DNA of 64,000 nt from Amoebidium appalachense (GCA_963693365.1 CAVNZM010000006.1:1364001-1428000); one strand, 5' to 3'; shown: positions 30,244 through 53,828, counted from the first letter of the stretch. The notes: generated by a model not told the origin, from the sequence alone. Numbers and translations are program-made.

Positions 30244-31373
30244 GGCGGCGGGCAAGTGTGCACGCGTGCACTCACTCCACACTCTAAACGTGTATGCGAG
30301 CATGCACAAATCAGTTAGTGGAAGATGGGTGTCAATCGAGCCCAATTGCACGGGTTAGTGTTTGTTGCACATCCACAAGGCCTGGCTTCATGTGAACTAA
30401 AGCTAATGCACCAACAGCAAATGATGGCCCCTACAAAGAAAAACCATCGCAGTTCGGATGGATGTGCCATGCATGTTTGGTGCACATGTGCGTAATTATA
30501 GAACCACCCCCAGTAGTTAAAGAAACACGCATACCGGGTAGCGTTCTCATCCGTGCGTGCCATTATAATGTAGTCCCCCAGCTTCTTCTCCATCAGTGCA
30601 AGTCGTAGCCAGGCCTGGCCCCTAGCCCTAGGTGTCATCAGATCCGCCATGTTTCTGATGGTCTCACGGCAGCTATCTTTAATGTCTGGGTTGACTTCGT
30701 CTATGTAGCCTGCAGAAGGGGGAGGGGGAGGGTGGGGGAGGGGAGGGGAGGGGAGGGGAGGTAAGGAGAGGGGAAGGTGGGGGGAGGAGGAGGAGATGGT
30801 GGTGGTGGTTGTGGTGGTTGGGGGATAGGGGGGGGGGAGGGGGGGAGGGAGAGTCAGAATGTTGTATATAGTACTAGGTATCAAGGTACACCACGAAAAT
30901 ACGGTGCAGGAAATATAAGCGTCCGCTTGAACAGAGACAGACGGAGGGTGAGCAACATCATCAGGGGAACACAAAGGGCGATGGAGGGGGGGGGAGGGGG
31001 GTATATGAGGCTGTTATGCATCTATAGGTGGGTTATAACCCCCCCCCCCCCCCCCATCCCTCCAACACCTCCCCCCACCCCCCCCCCCCCCTTCGCTCCC
31101 AAACATTGCGTTCCAAGGATGTTTCCGAAGGTCCCCCCTTCCTCCCCCCCCCCCCCCCAAAAAAAAAAAAAAAAAAAAAAAAAAAGGGAACCACCCATTC
31201 TCACTCTCTGCCCGTAAGTCAGTGTCTCTAACCCCTCCCCTCCCCCTCCCCCCCCCCTTCGACCGCCCCAGCCATCCACCGACCCTTACCATCTCCCCCC
31301 TCCCTGCCCCCATCCCCCCCAAAAAACCCCGACTCCATCCTTTCTTACTCTCCGCCCCCGTAAGTCAATGTCT

Positions 31374-31405
<32 letters not shown>

Positions 31406-32288
31406 AAAACCCCTTTTCCCCCCCTCTCCCCACCCCCCTCAACCGCCCCGACCATCCACCAACTACTACCATCTTCCCATCCCCTCCCCCCCCCCCTTCC
31501 CCCCAACCCCGGCTTCATCCTTTCTCACTCTCCGCCCCCGTAAGTCAGTGTCTCTTACCCCCCCTCCCCCCCCGTGCGCCCCGCCACGCCCCTCCCCCCT
31601 TGTGCCCCCTCCCCCCCCCCCCCCCCCCTCCCAACCCTTAAACCGCCCCACCCATCCACCGACTCCAACCAACACCCGACCCCTACCATCTCCCCCCCCC
31701 CCCCTCCCCCTCTTTCCCCCCCCCCCCCCCCCCCCCCCCGGACGCCGACCCCTCCAACGATACTTTCCCCCCCCCCTCCCCCCGACCTGAAAACAAGAAT
31801 AAAAGAAGAAAAGGAAACAGAGGTAAAAGTAGAAGATGATGCACAACCATAAGTCCTTTAGCTGGAGAGCAGAATGCAACCCTCACCCCAAAAGGATGCT
31901 GCGTGCTGTGTGTCCCTTGGTACTCTCCCAAACACACTCGAGACAGACACCCGCTGCGGCCTGGCCAGGTCTGGCTGCAGGCCATGGCACAGACAGGCAT
32001 CGAGTATGCGACACAGGTGGGGTAGAAGTTCGTTGTCTTCACTCGCTGCACCGCCCTGTACCTGCTCCACTAGCTGGTGCACACACACTGGATGCGTGAG
32101 AGATGGGAGGTGCGCAAGGGTTGTGTGTGTGTGCGTTTAAGGGGTGGAGCAGGGGTTGAAGGAGGGAGGAGGAGGGGGTTGTGTGAATGTGAATGTGTGT
32201 GTACATGTGTGTGTGCGTGTGTGCGTGTGTGCGTGTGTGCGTGTGTGCGTATGTGCGTGCGTGTGTGCGTGCGTGTGTGCATGCGTGC

Positions 32289-32350
<62 letters not shown>

Positions 32351-32937
32351 CGCGCTTGTGTTTTCTGTGTGTAAGGGAAAAAAGGAGCAGGACCAAAGTC
32401 ACGTTGGGTTAAAAGTAGCACTCGTGCAAGCACGTCACGGATTCTAGGCACGTGCTCCCATATTTGGCCATGGCAGTGTGTGTGTGTGTGGTGTGTGGGT
32501 GTGTGTGGTTGAGTACTGGGTGATGGTGATGGTGGTGGTGATGGTGGTGTGTATGCGTGTTGGGGGGGGGGGGGGGGGGGGGGGGAGGGGGGAAGCCTGC
32601 AAAGCAACTCTCAAGCAAAAGTTCTATAATAATTCGCGCAGGTCAGATTGACAGTCATGAAGAACATTAATAATCAAAACAACAGAAGTCTTACAAATCC
32701 TCTCACGCCTGCAGTTTTGGTTGCAGTTTGAGTATCCAATGCACCCAACCATCAAATGTGGGAGCTGGAAAAACACCCGCATATACGGTATTTGCTCATT
32801 ATGAAGCTGAGTACGAATTAAGTAAGCTTTTGCTGGTATGTACCTGTACCACTACCTGCCTCCTTTTTGCTTTAACACCCACCTCGAAGTGCGGCTAGCA
32901 GGTTCCTTCTTTCCACACCGGCCTTGGCTTCGTCCAT
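25390..32937 (-). CDS. RUN-domain and coiled-coil protein, RUNDC3A/B (RPIP8/9)-like; 3' end uncertain
   Basis: Exons (-): 32883-32937, 31887-32087, 30535-30709, 29483-29585, 29078-29142, 28264-28367, 27518-27586, 26978-27090, 26024-26059, 25444-25551. Motifs [63 protein letters not shown] match RUNDC3/RUFY-type proteins. Confidence 0.88.
26435..26554 (-). repeat. CCCTGAGGATGGGCTCTGCT-family copy; near-identical 5'-truncated copy at 28643-28751
   Basis: TGAATGCGGAACACGGTACGAAGTACGCATACACGAA...TAAGCAGAGC is present at both loci. Confidence 0.85.
27798..28165. repeat. Intronic tandem duplication, 192-bp period
   Basis: GACCAACCATGCAGATAAATAATTGAAATTAAAAGCCGGG... at 27798 and 27990. Confidence 0.9.
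31196..31560. repeat. Degenerate C-rich minisatellite, 3 copies
   Basis: Core ACTCTCYGCCC(CC)GTAAGTCARTGTCT near 31203, 31347 and 31527. Confidence 0.65.
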
Positions 32938-33056
32938 GTTTGCAGGTGCATAAAGTGAACCTTCAGTGACATCGGCGAAACAGTAAGGAGTTGTTTTTGA
33001 ATAAATAAAAACCCTCTTGAACGAAGAAAGGGCTAGAAGATGTTTTTTTTTTTTTT

Positions 33057-33087
<31 letters not shown>

Positions 33088-34297
33088 GGGGCAGGAGGCA
33101 AGGTCACAGGAGAAAGGGGATCTTATCCAAACTCGTTCGAAAACTCTGGAAAGTAGCCGGTCAGGTTCAAGGCTTGAGCAACTGCAGCTAGCATTGATTG
33201 GTTATGCAGGTATAGTTATGCTTGAGCGTGGGATTGTGGCACTCAAATGAAAAGGAAACAACAAGGTCATCAGCTGTGCAGGCGATAAATACTGTCGGCA
33301 TGGCACTTGGAAAACTTGGGTTTCACAACTTATGAAGTCCTTGATACTGTGACAAGTGCTGTGATAAATGGTGTACAGTCTTGACAAGGCCTCCTGGAGG
33401 GCCTTGTACTGGTGACGTCATGGTAATGTAAACCAATGGATTTACTCTGATAAGATATTCCCGCCCAAGAAGCGTGGAGACGCACGCTGTAGACTACATG
33501 CATGCCCGATTGTAATGTGGAAGCTGTATAGAATACAGGATTGATCTTATGTAATAACAAAAAAAAAAAGAAATATAGTCATATGAGAAATCAACCACCT
33601 GCAGGTAGCTCCTGCCGGCCCCAGTTATTGTTAAGTATGCGGTCAGTACACATGCATACGTCACATGTTGCTGGCAATGATGACGTAACTGTATTTTCCT
33701 GCCGAGCCGGGTCAACTTTCGGTTCATCTAACGTGTGCCTTGATTCGAACCGCTACGTTCTGATTATTCAAACTTCACCAAGTTCAGAAGTTGGCGACAG
33801 CTGGGCCTACTGTACAGATAGAGACAGAGCGGGGCGAGGAGTGAACTGAGCATATACAAGCGTTCTAACATCTGACCTTTCAGAGGCTAATTTGTGTAGT
33901 GGAGCTGCATAAGAACAGCCCGTAAAGTAGTATGCGCCAGTATCTCCTTCTGAAACTCGACCTTTTTTGATATTTCTCAGAGACATAAGTTGTTGTGCTT
34001 GCCAACATTAAAAGATTAGCGCTCAATCCAAGCATACATATCCACGTGTATGTGAGAATCTCCAGCCAACTCGGCTGAACATCGTTGCCTTTGCGCCTGT
34101 GGTCCAACTTTTTCGTTTCATAGTCGGTTCAGGCACAACTGTTTGGCATCGACCCATTTCCTCACTTGGCTTGTACCCAAGCAAAGACACGAAGGCTTTA
34201 AGGGCCAGGGTACTCTTATTTTTTTCTTCCGTTCGATAGACACTAGCACACTTGGGGTGGTGGCTTGAAGGTACCAGGTACATGTGGAGGAGGAAAG
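32938..34297. promoter_or_regulatory. Head-to-head intergenic region (RUNDC3-like / CNOT10), probable bidirectional promoter
   Basis: Divergent ATGs at 32937 (-) and 34298 (+), 1.36 kb apart; almost free of microsatellites. Confidence 0.5.
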
Positions 34298-45196
<10,899 letters not shown>

Positions 45197-45951
45197 ATAG
45201 TGTGGGTGTACTGCACGCTGGCCGTGCGGTTAAATGTGTTTTAAAATTTAATGTGTGTGTGATTGGCGGTTTGATGATTTGATGAGGGACTGAAGTCACT
45301 GACACTACCAGAAAATGCCGTGCGCAGGGGGACAGTTTAGTTGACTAAGGCTTCTTTTTCCTTTGTTTCGTTTGCTTTTTCCTTTTTGCTTTTCTTTATT
45401 TATTGTGGTCGGTGTGTTTGGCATGTAGGAATACACGTCGACTTTGATCCCATCACAAGTGGCAACTTGCAACGGCTTTTTTTGCCGATATATTTGTGAT
45501 ACGTCGTTTCATTCCTGGTTGGTGTAGTTATGTTAAGGTATAGAGTACAGGTGTAAGGGGGAAGGGCGGTTAAGGTGGCCTGGGGCCACCTTGTAGGTCC
45601 CCGTGTGACATGCAGACGGTGTGGTGTATTGTATCTATCTGCTGCAGTAAATGTGCACCACAATTCAACATAAGCATGTTTGGTATTGGTGTGGTTAATA
45701 ATGTCATCTACTACACGACCATGAGCTAGCTAGAACCACAAAAGCCGGCCGACGACAACACGCCAGCAACTACAAACAAGATAACAGAAACAAAGCAAAC
45801 TTTGAAAACCGTTACGGAGGTGGGGAGGGGTATACGTATTATATATAGAATTCGACTCTCTGGCCTTTAGTAAAAGCAAGTCCGTACGTTTTGCAGTGGG
45901 CGCCAAGGAAATTGGAAAGTTTTGGGGGTCTAACTGGCAGTCTGCGGTAGA

Positions 45952-45989
<38 letters not shown>

Positions 45990-46318
45990 TCCTCTGGACG
46001 CCCCGCGAGCGGACATATATTTATAATATTATATTCAGGAAGTCCGAAGGCCTGGTCAACACCGTTCATACTTGTGCACCGTGTTCCGTGAGCTACTATG
46101 ATGTATATCACGGGCGAGTCTCATCATAAGAAACGTAAACGTTGGACTACAGAGGCTACGGATTTTCCGCCGGCGGCTTGTTTTTTATTGTTTTCTAAAA
46201 CTTTTTTTTCTTGATAATGACATGACATAATCCAATAAACCAGAGGCAATACTCCAATTGCAACCCTTTGTGGTCCTATCCGAATCCATAGTACAACTTT
46301 AATATTACATTTAATCCC

Positions 46319-46349
<31 letters not shown>

Positions 46350-46372
46350 ACACTGACACACACACGTGCACC

Positions 46373-46429
<57 letters not shown>

Positions 46430-46628
46430 GGCTACCGGCAAAGTTAACAACTGGTGCACATGCATACACAAATCTACATGAACAACCTGCACCTATCAAG
46501 TTCTATGTAGTATGGCATATCAATGCTGCTCAAATTCTGAATTCTGCTCCTGCTATAATCAATTGTGTGCAAGCTCTGAAAGCACCCCCCTCTCGCCCCC
46601 CGTCCCTGCCCCTCCCCTCCCCCCCCCC

Positions 46629-46668
<40 letters not shown>

Positions 46669-47006
46669 AAATACACACACACACACATCAAAACCAACAC
46701 CCTTCATACAGCTCAAACCAGGGCCCCACCCCCTCCCCCCGGCTCCCTCCCCCATCGCCTCCTCCACAGGGGAGCTCTATCCACTTAGCCTTCCGTGTGC
46801 TACATAGTAATTTCACAAAACATATCTTCTAGGTTTGGATTTCTGAAGAGATTCGGTACTTTTCAGTGAAGATGGCTAGATGAGCGAGATTTAGAACCCA
46901 ACCGATTCTTATCAAGTGCTATTCACTATGCTTATTGAGACTAAGCAGACACGCAACCACCAGCGTATCAAAACGGAAAGAATACTATGTGGTGGAATTA
47001 GAAATC

Positions 47007-48368
47007 CTAGAGGCCCCAAATATCCTTCTTGTCAGACTGGCGCACACCAAAGCTCTTTGCCGCAATTTTTCCGCATCCTCTGAATTTTACCATTCTCAAC
47101 ATGGGTAGTTTTTTGAGAACACTCACATCACTAAAGAGGTTGTTGTGTTTAAACTCCAACTCTACCAGCCTCGTGCACGCTGTCAGGCACGAAATGTCGG
47201 AAACCTTTGGCATGACCCTAAGCCGCAACACACGTAAATTGGTACATTTGGCCATGGGGGTGATGTCGTGTGTCTCCCTTGCTTCTATCTGCAGATGTGT
47301 AAGTTGTGAGCACTCACTCAGGACCGAAATATCTTCAAGACCTAAGACGTAGAAGTTGAGGTGGCGCAGGGGTAAAAGGCACAACCGTAAGGGGCCAAGC
47401 GTTTCGTATCTTATCTTGGTGGACTTAAGTATCAGTTTCGTCAGTGTGGTACAGTGTGTGACAGGGGTGATATCTCTCCCGCCTAACAACGAACACGTGA
47501 GCGTGGATACGTGGAGAGGAAACTCAGTTTGTCGGACATGTCGTCGCTCGTCGAATCGGAGGCGGGTGATTGGGAAGGAGAATAAATCCTTGGGCATACT
47601 GCTCACCACGGCTTTCAACTCCGCCAGACGTGTTAACGTTGTCACTACGTTGCGTAGACTGTTGCCCCAGGTCATGGTTCGCAGGGACGTTAGCTGTGTG
47701 CATGTCTGAATGTGGTGTGTGTCTGTGGTGCTCATTGCACCAGCAAACAAGAGTTTGCGCAGTTTCGGAAGTTTCGGTAGCACCGCTAGGCCCTTGACGT
47801 TTCCCTCTTCATCCTCGAGAAACTCCAACCTTGTCTCCGTTAGGTTGGTGCACGTGCTCAAAGGGGTGATGTCCACATCTTTGTCCGAATCAGGGAAACT
47901 GATGTGTAGCACTTGAAGTTGTGGTGCTTTTTGTGCGATGATTTGTTGCTTGATGCGTTCCTCTCCATCTTCGACTCTTAGTCTCTGTAAGCGCCTACAG
48001 TTTGACAGAATGTGTGTGAATGCATCTGCTTGTTTCTGTGTCGTGCCTCCAGCAAACGAAACGAGTGCACGTAGCGTCTAGTAACTGCCTCACCCCATGC
48101 TCACCCCAGCAACGGTAAATTTGGCTCCGGGGGAGAGTGTGCCGCAATGGGGGATTAAAAGTGCCATGTTTTTCCATGCATGGCACACCAAGGTGCACGC
48201 ACACCGTTCTTTGTAGGTGAGATACGAAAAGATGCCTTCTACGATTTCTCGGTCCAACATCTCTACGGTAAGATGTATGGGGTCCTCTGCTTTAGAGTGT
48301 TGGGAGTCCTCTACAGTTAAAATTTTAGGGTCCTCGATACTCTCATCAACGGCAAATACGGACTCCAT
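47007..48368 (-). CDS. F-box and leucine-rich-repeat protein, ~420 aa, 2 exons
   Basis: Exon 1 48094-48368 has F-box LDREIVEGIFSYLTYKERCACTLVCHAW; 99-nt intron GTGAGG...TAG (47995-48093); exon 2 47007-47994 has LRRs DITPLSTCTNLTETRL, DISVLSECSQLTHLQI, DISCLTACTRLVELEF. Confidence 0.88.
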
Positions 48369-48996
48369 AGTGCTGGGTGTGAGATTGATTGTATAGGCAA
48401 TGTTTAGAGAACCTGAGCCTACATATATATACCTTTGCCAAACGGTTGGCCCCACTGAGTGCAGTGAGCGCAGCTCTCAGTGACTCACTGGCAACAGTCA
48501 CCCTCACGTGGGCTGCCACATTGCAAGGCTGTGCCGCTGTGGCAACCACCCGCCATTCAGATAACCGAACGTTTAGCCAAATATGGGGAAGCCACATGCA
48601 TTCCAGCAATTTTTTCGGATGTGAAGTTGTGCTTTGCAATTTGCAAAATTTCAGCAAATCGTCCGCCCCACACGCGGGCAGTTGAACTTCCGAGATAGAG
48701 TCTCAAGTTAAACTCCATGTAATACCTATGCGAATGCACATATCTACTGTTTTCAAAACTTCAGACGTTTACCTTTTACTACGCACAATTGCTATTGTTC
48801 TGCATCAAATAAAGGTGAAAAAGTCGGTGCCTCCTTTCAAGCTATTTTTATTTATCATTGGAATGTGATGCGTGCGTAGCCAACCAGGTGACTGCATCGA
48901 TGAGCCACCCTTCGCCGAGCTTGGCCAAGCAAGATCCGAGCCCGGCGGAGCCGATCTGCGGCGATCGCGGCCAACAGCCAACCCTTGGGTCAGCTG

Positions 48997-49007
48997 CATA
49001 TAAACAC
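48997..49007 (+). promoter_or_regulatory. TATA-like box conserved in both duplicates
   Basis: GCATATAAACAC at ~48997 and ~59017, ~200 nt upstream of each ATG, preceded by conserved GGCCAA/GCCAAC motifs. Confidence 0.5.
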
Positions 49008-49202
49008 AGCCACCAAGAACACAAGAGACACACAACAGCAGCTCTAAGAAGAAGATAAACAAACACAATCCAAACACAATCTGACAATAGTGAAAACGCA
49101 TCACTACTTTTCTACTTCAAGCTATTCTGAATTTAAAGCAATATATATACACAGCTTCACATTTTCGCAGGCATTTGAAACCCAAACACACCGTTGAACA
49201 AT

Positions 49203-50123
49203 ATGGCGTCTATCCTCGCCACCGGTTCCAGCGGTGCCCTTGGTGCACACGGTTTCGAGCTGTCACGCAACGTCTGCGCTGCCCTTTCCACCGGGGTGCG
49301 TGCAGCCATGGCACGTCGAGCAGGCACCCAGGTAGCCAACGCAACAAGTGTTCTACGGACCAGCCGTGGCCTGCACACTTCTCCTCCACGTCTTCACTGG
49401 TGCAAGAACTGGTGCCCTCCCCCTCCTCCCCCACCGCCCGGTGCTGCACCTACGGCAGCAGAGACTCTGGCCAACGGGGCGGCGGCCGGCTACAAGGGCC
49501 ACTACAACCACTATCATTGGTGGTACGCCAACCAGCACAACACTGGCGGCAGGCGCCGCTTCCGCCTGATTCCCATCCTGGCAACAATCGGGGGCTTGTG
49601 GGCCATATGTGAATACAAGTCACTCAAGAAGGAGTTCAGGCGCTACCGCAACGGTGCTGAGGCCGAGATTGAACAACTGAAGGTCGAGGCTGCCAGCGTC
49701 ATGGAGACGGCCCGTGCATACCAGAAGGCCCTGCGCAGTGACGGGGACATTCTCAAGAGGTTTTCCAGCCGTGTGGAATCGAGTGTGAGTGCATTGGAGA
49801 ATAAGCAGGTCACATGGGACACCGTCGTGGCTGAGCTCAAGCAGGCCGTTCATGATGTACACAATGACGTCATGGCCCACGCCCCTCTGCCCCCTCCGCG
49901 TGTTTCCCAGCCCACGTCCCAATCTAATGTCCTCCACCACCACCCCCATCGCATAAACGCCGCCGACAGCACTGTGGCACACAACGAGCAATTCTCTGAG
50001 GACCGTGACACCACCGCAAATAGCCGCGGCTTCCACCGTCATTGGCACCACCATCGTCGCGAATGGGACAACCGCTCAGACCGACCGGAGGATTATGGCC
50101 GTGAGGGCAGGCGGGGAGATTGA
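49203..50123 (+). CDS. 306-aa putative mitochondrial single-pass membrane coiled-coil protein (ORF1, copy A)
   Basis: Ala/Arg/Ser-rich N-terminus with a single acidic residue, ending RGLHTSPP (presequence-like); hydrophobic LIPILATIGGLWAIC after RRRFR; coiled coil; His-rich tail. Protein conserved in copy B. Confidence 0.8.
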   Translation: MASILATGSSGALGAHGFELSRNVCAALSTGVRAAMARRAGTQVANATSVLRTSRGLHTSPPRLHWCKNWCPPPPPPPPGAAPTAAETLANGAAAGYKGHYNHYHWWYANQHNTGGRRRFRLIPILATIGGLWAICEYKSLKKEFRRYRNGAEAEIEQLKVEAASVMETARAYQKALRSDGDILKRFSSRVESSVSALENKQVTWDTVVAELKQAVHDVHNDVMAHAPLPPPRVSQPTSQSNVLHHHPHRINAADSTVAHNEQFSEDRDTTANSRGFHRHWHHHRREWDNRSDRPEDYGREGRRGD

Positions 50124-50774
50124 CTTGTTGCGGTGTTCTCGTCTGACAGACCGGGCAACATGCAAGCAGTACTAGGTGGCGCCCATGAGCCCCCAGTGAC
50201 CCCACCAGCCAACGGCAGTAACCATCCCCTTGTGGTTACACCCGCGCCTGCCACTATGTGCATTCAACCCGGTTTTGGCGAGAACACCACCCCGGCAACA
50301 GAGCCCACCCCCGTTACTTGTGTAATGGAGGATAAGGCTCAAACTATCAAACAGGCAAAAACACTGACAACTGTGGTTACTCAACGAACACAAACGGATA
50401 ACAAGGAAAATTTCACCATTCAGTTGGAGACGGGGGTAGTATCGGGCGATAGTACGGCGACTGACGTGAGCGATTCAGAATTGCCCAAATCCAACATGTT
50501 TACGCAAGATACACCATCACCGATAGATGTAGAGCAAACAAAAAGTAAACGGCAAAGTAGGAGTGCTGAGAACAATCAATCGGATGTGGTTCAAGCCATA
50601 TCCGTGCACGTGCACAAGAATCCCATGGATTATGCGGCATCACCTGGCCGTTCGCAAAATATCATTGGTGCAGAACCGAACAATCAGCAACAGGGAACGA
50701 CGATTGGAGCATGGCAGGCTGTGACAGCTGTTACCAACGTAGTAACTGCAGTGGCAGTATGGTGGTTGTGGTAG
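50124..50774 (+). CDS. In-frame 216-codon extension after the ORF1 TGA, ending in a hydrophobic tail (ORF2, copy A)
   Basis: Same frame as ORF1; open in both copies with frame-preserving indels; conserved C-terminus GAWQAVTA(V/I)TNVVTAVAVWWLW*. Confidence 0.72.
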   Translation, partial: LVAVFSSDRPGNMQAVLGGAHEPPVTPPANGSNHPLVVTPAPATMCIQPGFGENTTPATEPTPVTCVMEDKAQTIKQAKTLTTVVTQRTQTDNKENFTIQLETGVVSGDSTATDVSDSELPKSNMFTQDTPSPIDVEQTKSKRQSRSAENNQSDVVQAISVHVHKNPMDYAASPGRSQNIIGAEPNNQQQGTTIGAWQAVTAVTNVVTAVAVWWLW

Positions 50775-51355
50775 TGGGAGCAGTAAGCGGTAGATGGGTG
50801 CAATTGTTTTTTTGATGGGGCCATTTTTGTGTTGTATTTTGCTTTAAATGTACAGCAAGTTTAACGAATAACGGTTAGTATCCAGATTTCATAACGGTGG
50901 AATGGCTACGATATTCTCGTAGTAATCATGTGGTTACCATAGGGTTGATGTGCATTTCAAATGTGGATGGTGTTTGTCAGCATATAAGTGCCCCTGAGTG
51001 TATAGCAAACGAAATGTAGAACCTGAAACTGGACTGTTCATAGGGTGATATTGGATAATCAAAGATGAAGCAAAATAAAATAGTTTTTGTCTGGAAAGAC
51101 AGCTGATTACAATGAATTATATGAAACAATAAATGTGCACAAAGCATCTACAAGAACGAACAACTAGCCTATCTTTTACACCTTTGAATACCTTTCCCTC
51201 CTTTCCCAAGTCCTCCATGTACCAAAAACACTTGTGGGTGTTGTCCGAACCGTTGAATTCGATGTGGGTATTTGGCTCTCAGCGTCTGAACTTGTGGGGA
51301 GCTCGGTTACACTGTGCTTACAAAACCGTGAGTGTGCTTGCGTGTGTGTGTTTGT

Positions 51356-51386
<31 letters not shown>

Positions 51387-51469
51387 GGGGGGAAGGTGGG
51401 GGGGGGAGGGGGGGGAGGGGGGGGAGGGGGGTTCTGCGTGTCTGTGTGTCTGTGTGTCTTTTGTGTCAC

Positions 51470-51539
<70 letters not shown>

Positions 51540-51721
51540 GTGTGTGCGTGTGTGTGTGTGTTGTGTGTGTGTGTGTGCGTGCGTGTGTGTGTGTGTGTAT
51601 GCACATGTGTGCTTGCGGCCCCAGGCACGGTGTGCGTGCATGCCCAGTGTTTGAGTGTGCATATCTGCAACCGTGGGTAGGGGTGTGTGACACGGTGTGT
51701 GTGTGGGTGTGGGTGCAGGTC

Positions 51722-51764
<43 letters not shown>

Positions 51765-52375
51765 TGTGTCATGGTGTGTGTGTGTGTCATGGTGTGTGTG
51801 TGGGGGTGGGTGAGTGTGTGCACAACTTTGTGTGTGTGTGCGCGCGCGTGTGTGTGTGTGTGTGCGTGTGTGTGTGTGTGTGGGTATGTGTCTGTGTGTG
51901 CGCGCGCATGTGTGTGTGTGTTGAGCTACCGTATAGCCGTGGTGGGAAAAGGAATTAATGGGCATGTATTTTGTGTTGTGTTGTGTGTTGACAGAGGGAG
52001 TCAAGTCTGGGTAATGCCTGACTGCTTCTTTGTGAGCATACTGTATGTGTGCGGCATTTTCAGCCAAAAGTGCAGCTTAAGTGCTGACACAACCCCGCCC
52101 CTGCACACACACAAACTTAAACATGCACACACACTGGGAGGGAAGGGGGGAAGGGGGTGGGGCATGCAAGGAATGGGGGTGGGGGGGTGAGGGAAGGGGG
52201 CAGGCAGGGGATAGTGGGGGATGGGGGGGAGGGGGTCGGGGAGGGGGAGGGGGGGGGGGAGGGGGGGAGGGGAGGGGGGGGGGAGGGGAGGGGGGGGAGG
52301 GGGGGGGCCGGTGGGGGGGGGGGGGAGGGGGGGCTCACAGTGTTTGCACGCCGGCATAGCGCCATATGCCCTGGC

Positions 52376-52439
52376 TAGGGAATCTTGATTTTGAAACGCG
52401 GAGGGGGGTAGTAGCTAGTTTTTTTTTGTTTTTTTTTTT

Positions 52440-52478
<39 letters not shown>

Positions 52479-52675
52479 AGGGGGGGCCACCCACCCCTCT
52501 GGCTAGCAGGGGGAGGGGGGGGGAGGGGGGAGGGGGAGGGGGGGGGGCCACCAACCACATGCAGTAGGTGGGTCCCCCCCCCCTGGGGGAGACCCACCCC
52601 CCCACTCACCCAGGTCCCTCCCCCCCCCCTGGAGGGGTTGGGGAGGGGGGGGACCCACCCACCCCTGCGGCTACC

Positions 52676-52716
<41 letters not shown>

Positions 52717-52798
52717 GACGCACCCACTCCGGACGTCGATATTAAGCAGTGCACCTTAACTACTCTCCCCCCCCCATTTCAAATTCAAAAATCCCCTA
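52376..52798. mobile_element. Possible degenerate hAT-like MITE between the two duplicated copies
   Basis: TAGGGAATCTTGATTTTGAAA ... TTTCAAATTCAAAAATCCCCTA imperfect inverted ends; TSD unconvincing. Confidence 0.4.
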
Positions 52799-53103
52799 TC
52801 CCTAAGCTTTATATAAGCTTCTCAACAGCTTTCACGCGGCCTGCTTGCTTTAATAGCAACCTTGACCGATATGTAACGGCAGGCGGTCACGCTACACTGG
52901 GACACAATGCCTATTATGAGCTATATCAAGTTGGTTCAGTCAACAAAAGAACCGCTATTTAAATGCTCTTTGTTGCACCTTAGCGGAACGTCTAACGTGT
53001 TATAAAGACATTGGAAAAAAAAATAAGTAAATCAGGAGATGGAAAGATAGGCAACAAGTGTGAAGACAGTTATCGTGACTATCAGAATATTTGGGTGATA
53101 CAC

Positions 53104-53182
<79 letters not shown>

Positions 53183-53607
53183 ACAGTCACTGCCACCTAC
53201 TCATCCTTCTGCTTGCTGACCAGCTGTCAATTCATTGTCCTGTTCCCAATACTGTGTACCGCTTGTGATCGAATGGCTTGTGTGAACCTTGGTCTTTCTT
53301 TCTTTCTTTCTTTCTTTTAAAAAAAAGAGAGTGAAGTTGAGGGGGGGAGAGGGGGGGGGGGGGGGGGGGGGGGAGGAGTATTTGCCAGAAATTCGTGTGG
53401 TTCACAGGTTTCAACCTGTTGGGTATGTTGCTTGCTTCCATCCCTCCCTGTGTCGGTGCATGGTCCTTTGTGTTTTCATATAACATCATGCTTGCAGCTC
53501 CTCTATGCTATCTGTTGTCATCGGAAAGATATATTTCAGCTTTCTATCCTTGTTTTGGCCTGTTGTCTTTTTTTGTATTTGCTCTAACCTTTCCGCACAC
53601 CCCACAG

Positions 53608-53782
53608 CCACAGCCACACCGGGGGGCACACCAGCCAACGGTACAGCGCGCAGTCTGGAGTACGGCCTGCCCAGCATGCGCTATCTGCAGGCATACCCCC
53701 GCATGGGCCTCTACCTCAACCTGGCATCTGCTCTGTGTCTCAAGGTTGATCTGGACCGTGCTCAGGCTGTATGTATTGCATT

Positions 53783-53828
<46 letters not shown>

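Noticed and set aside
50121-50123. TGA as selenocysteine or as a reassigned codon
   Set aside because: No redox-motif context and no AUGA-type SECIS core shared by both 3' UTRs by eye. No other reconstructed CDS needs an in-frame TGA, and TGA terminates the 11003 gene. A SECIS search would settle it.
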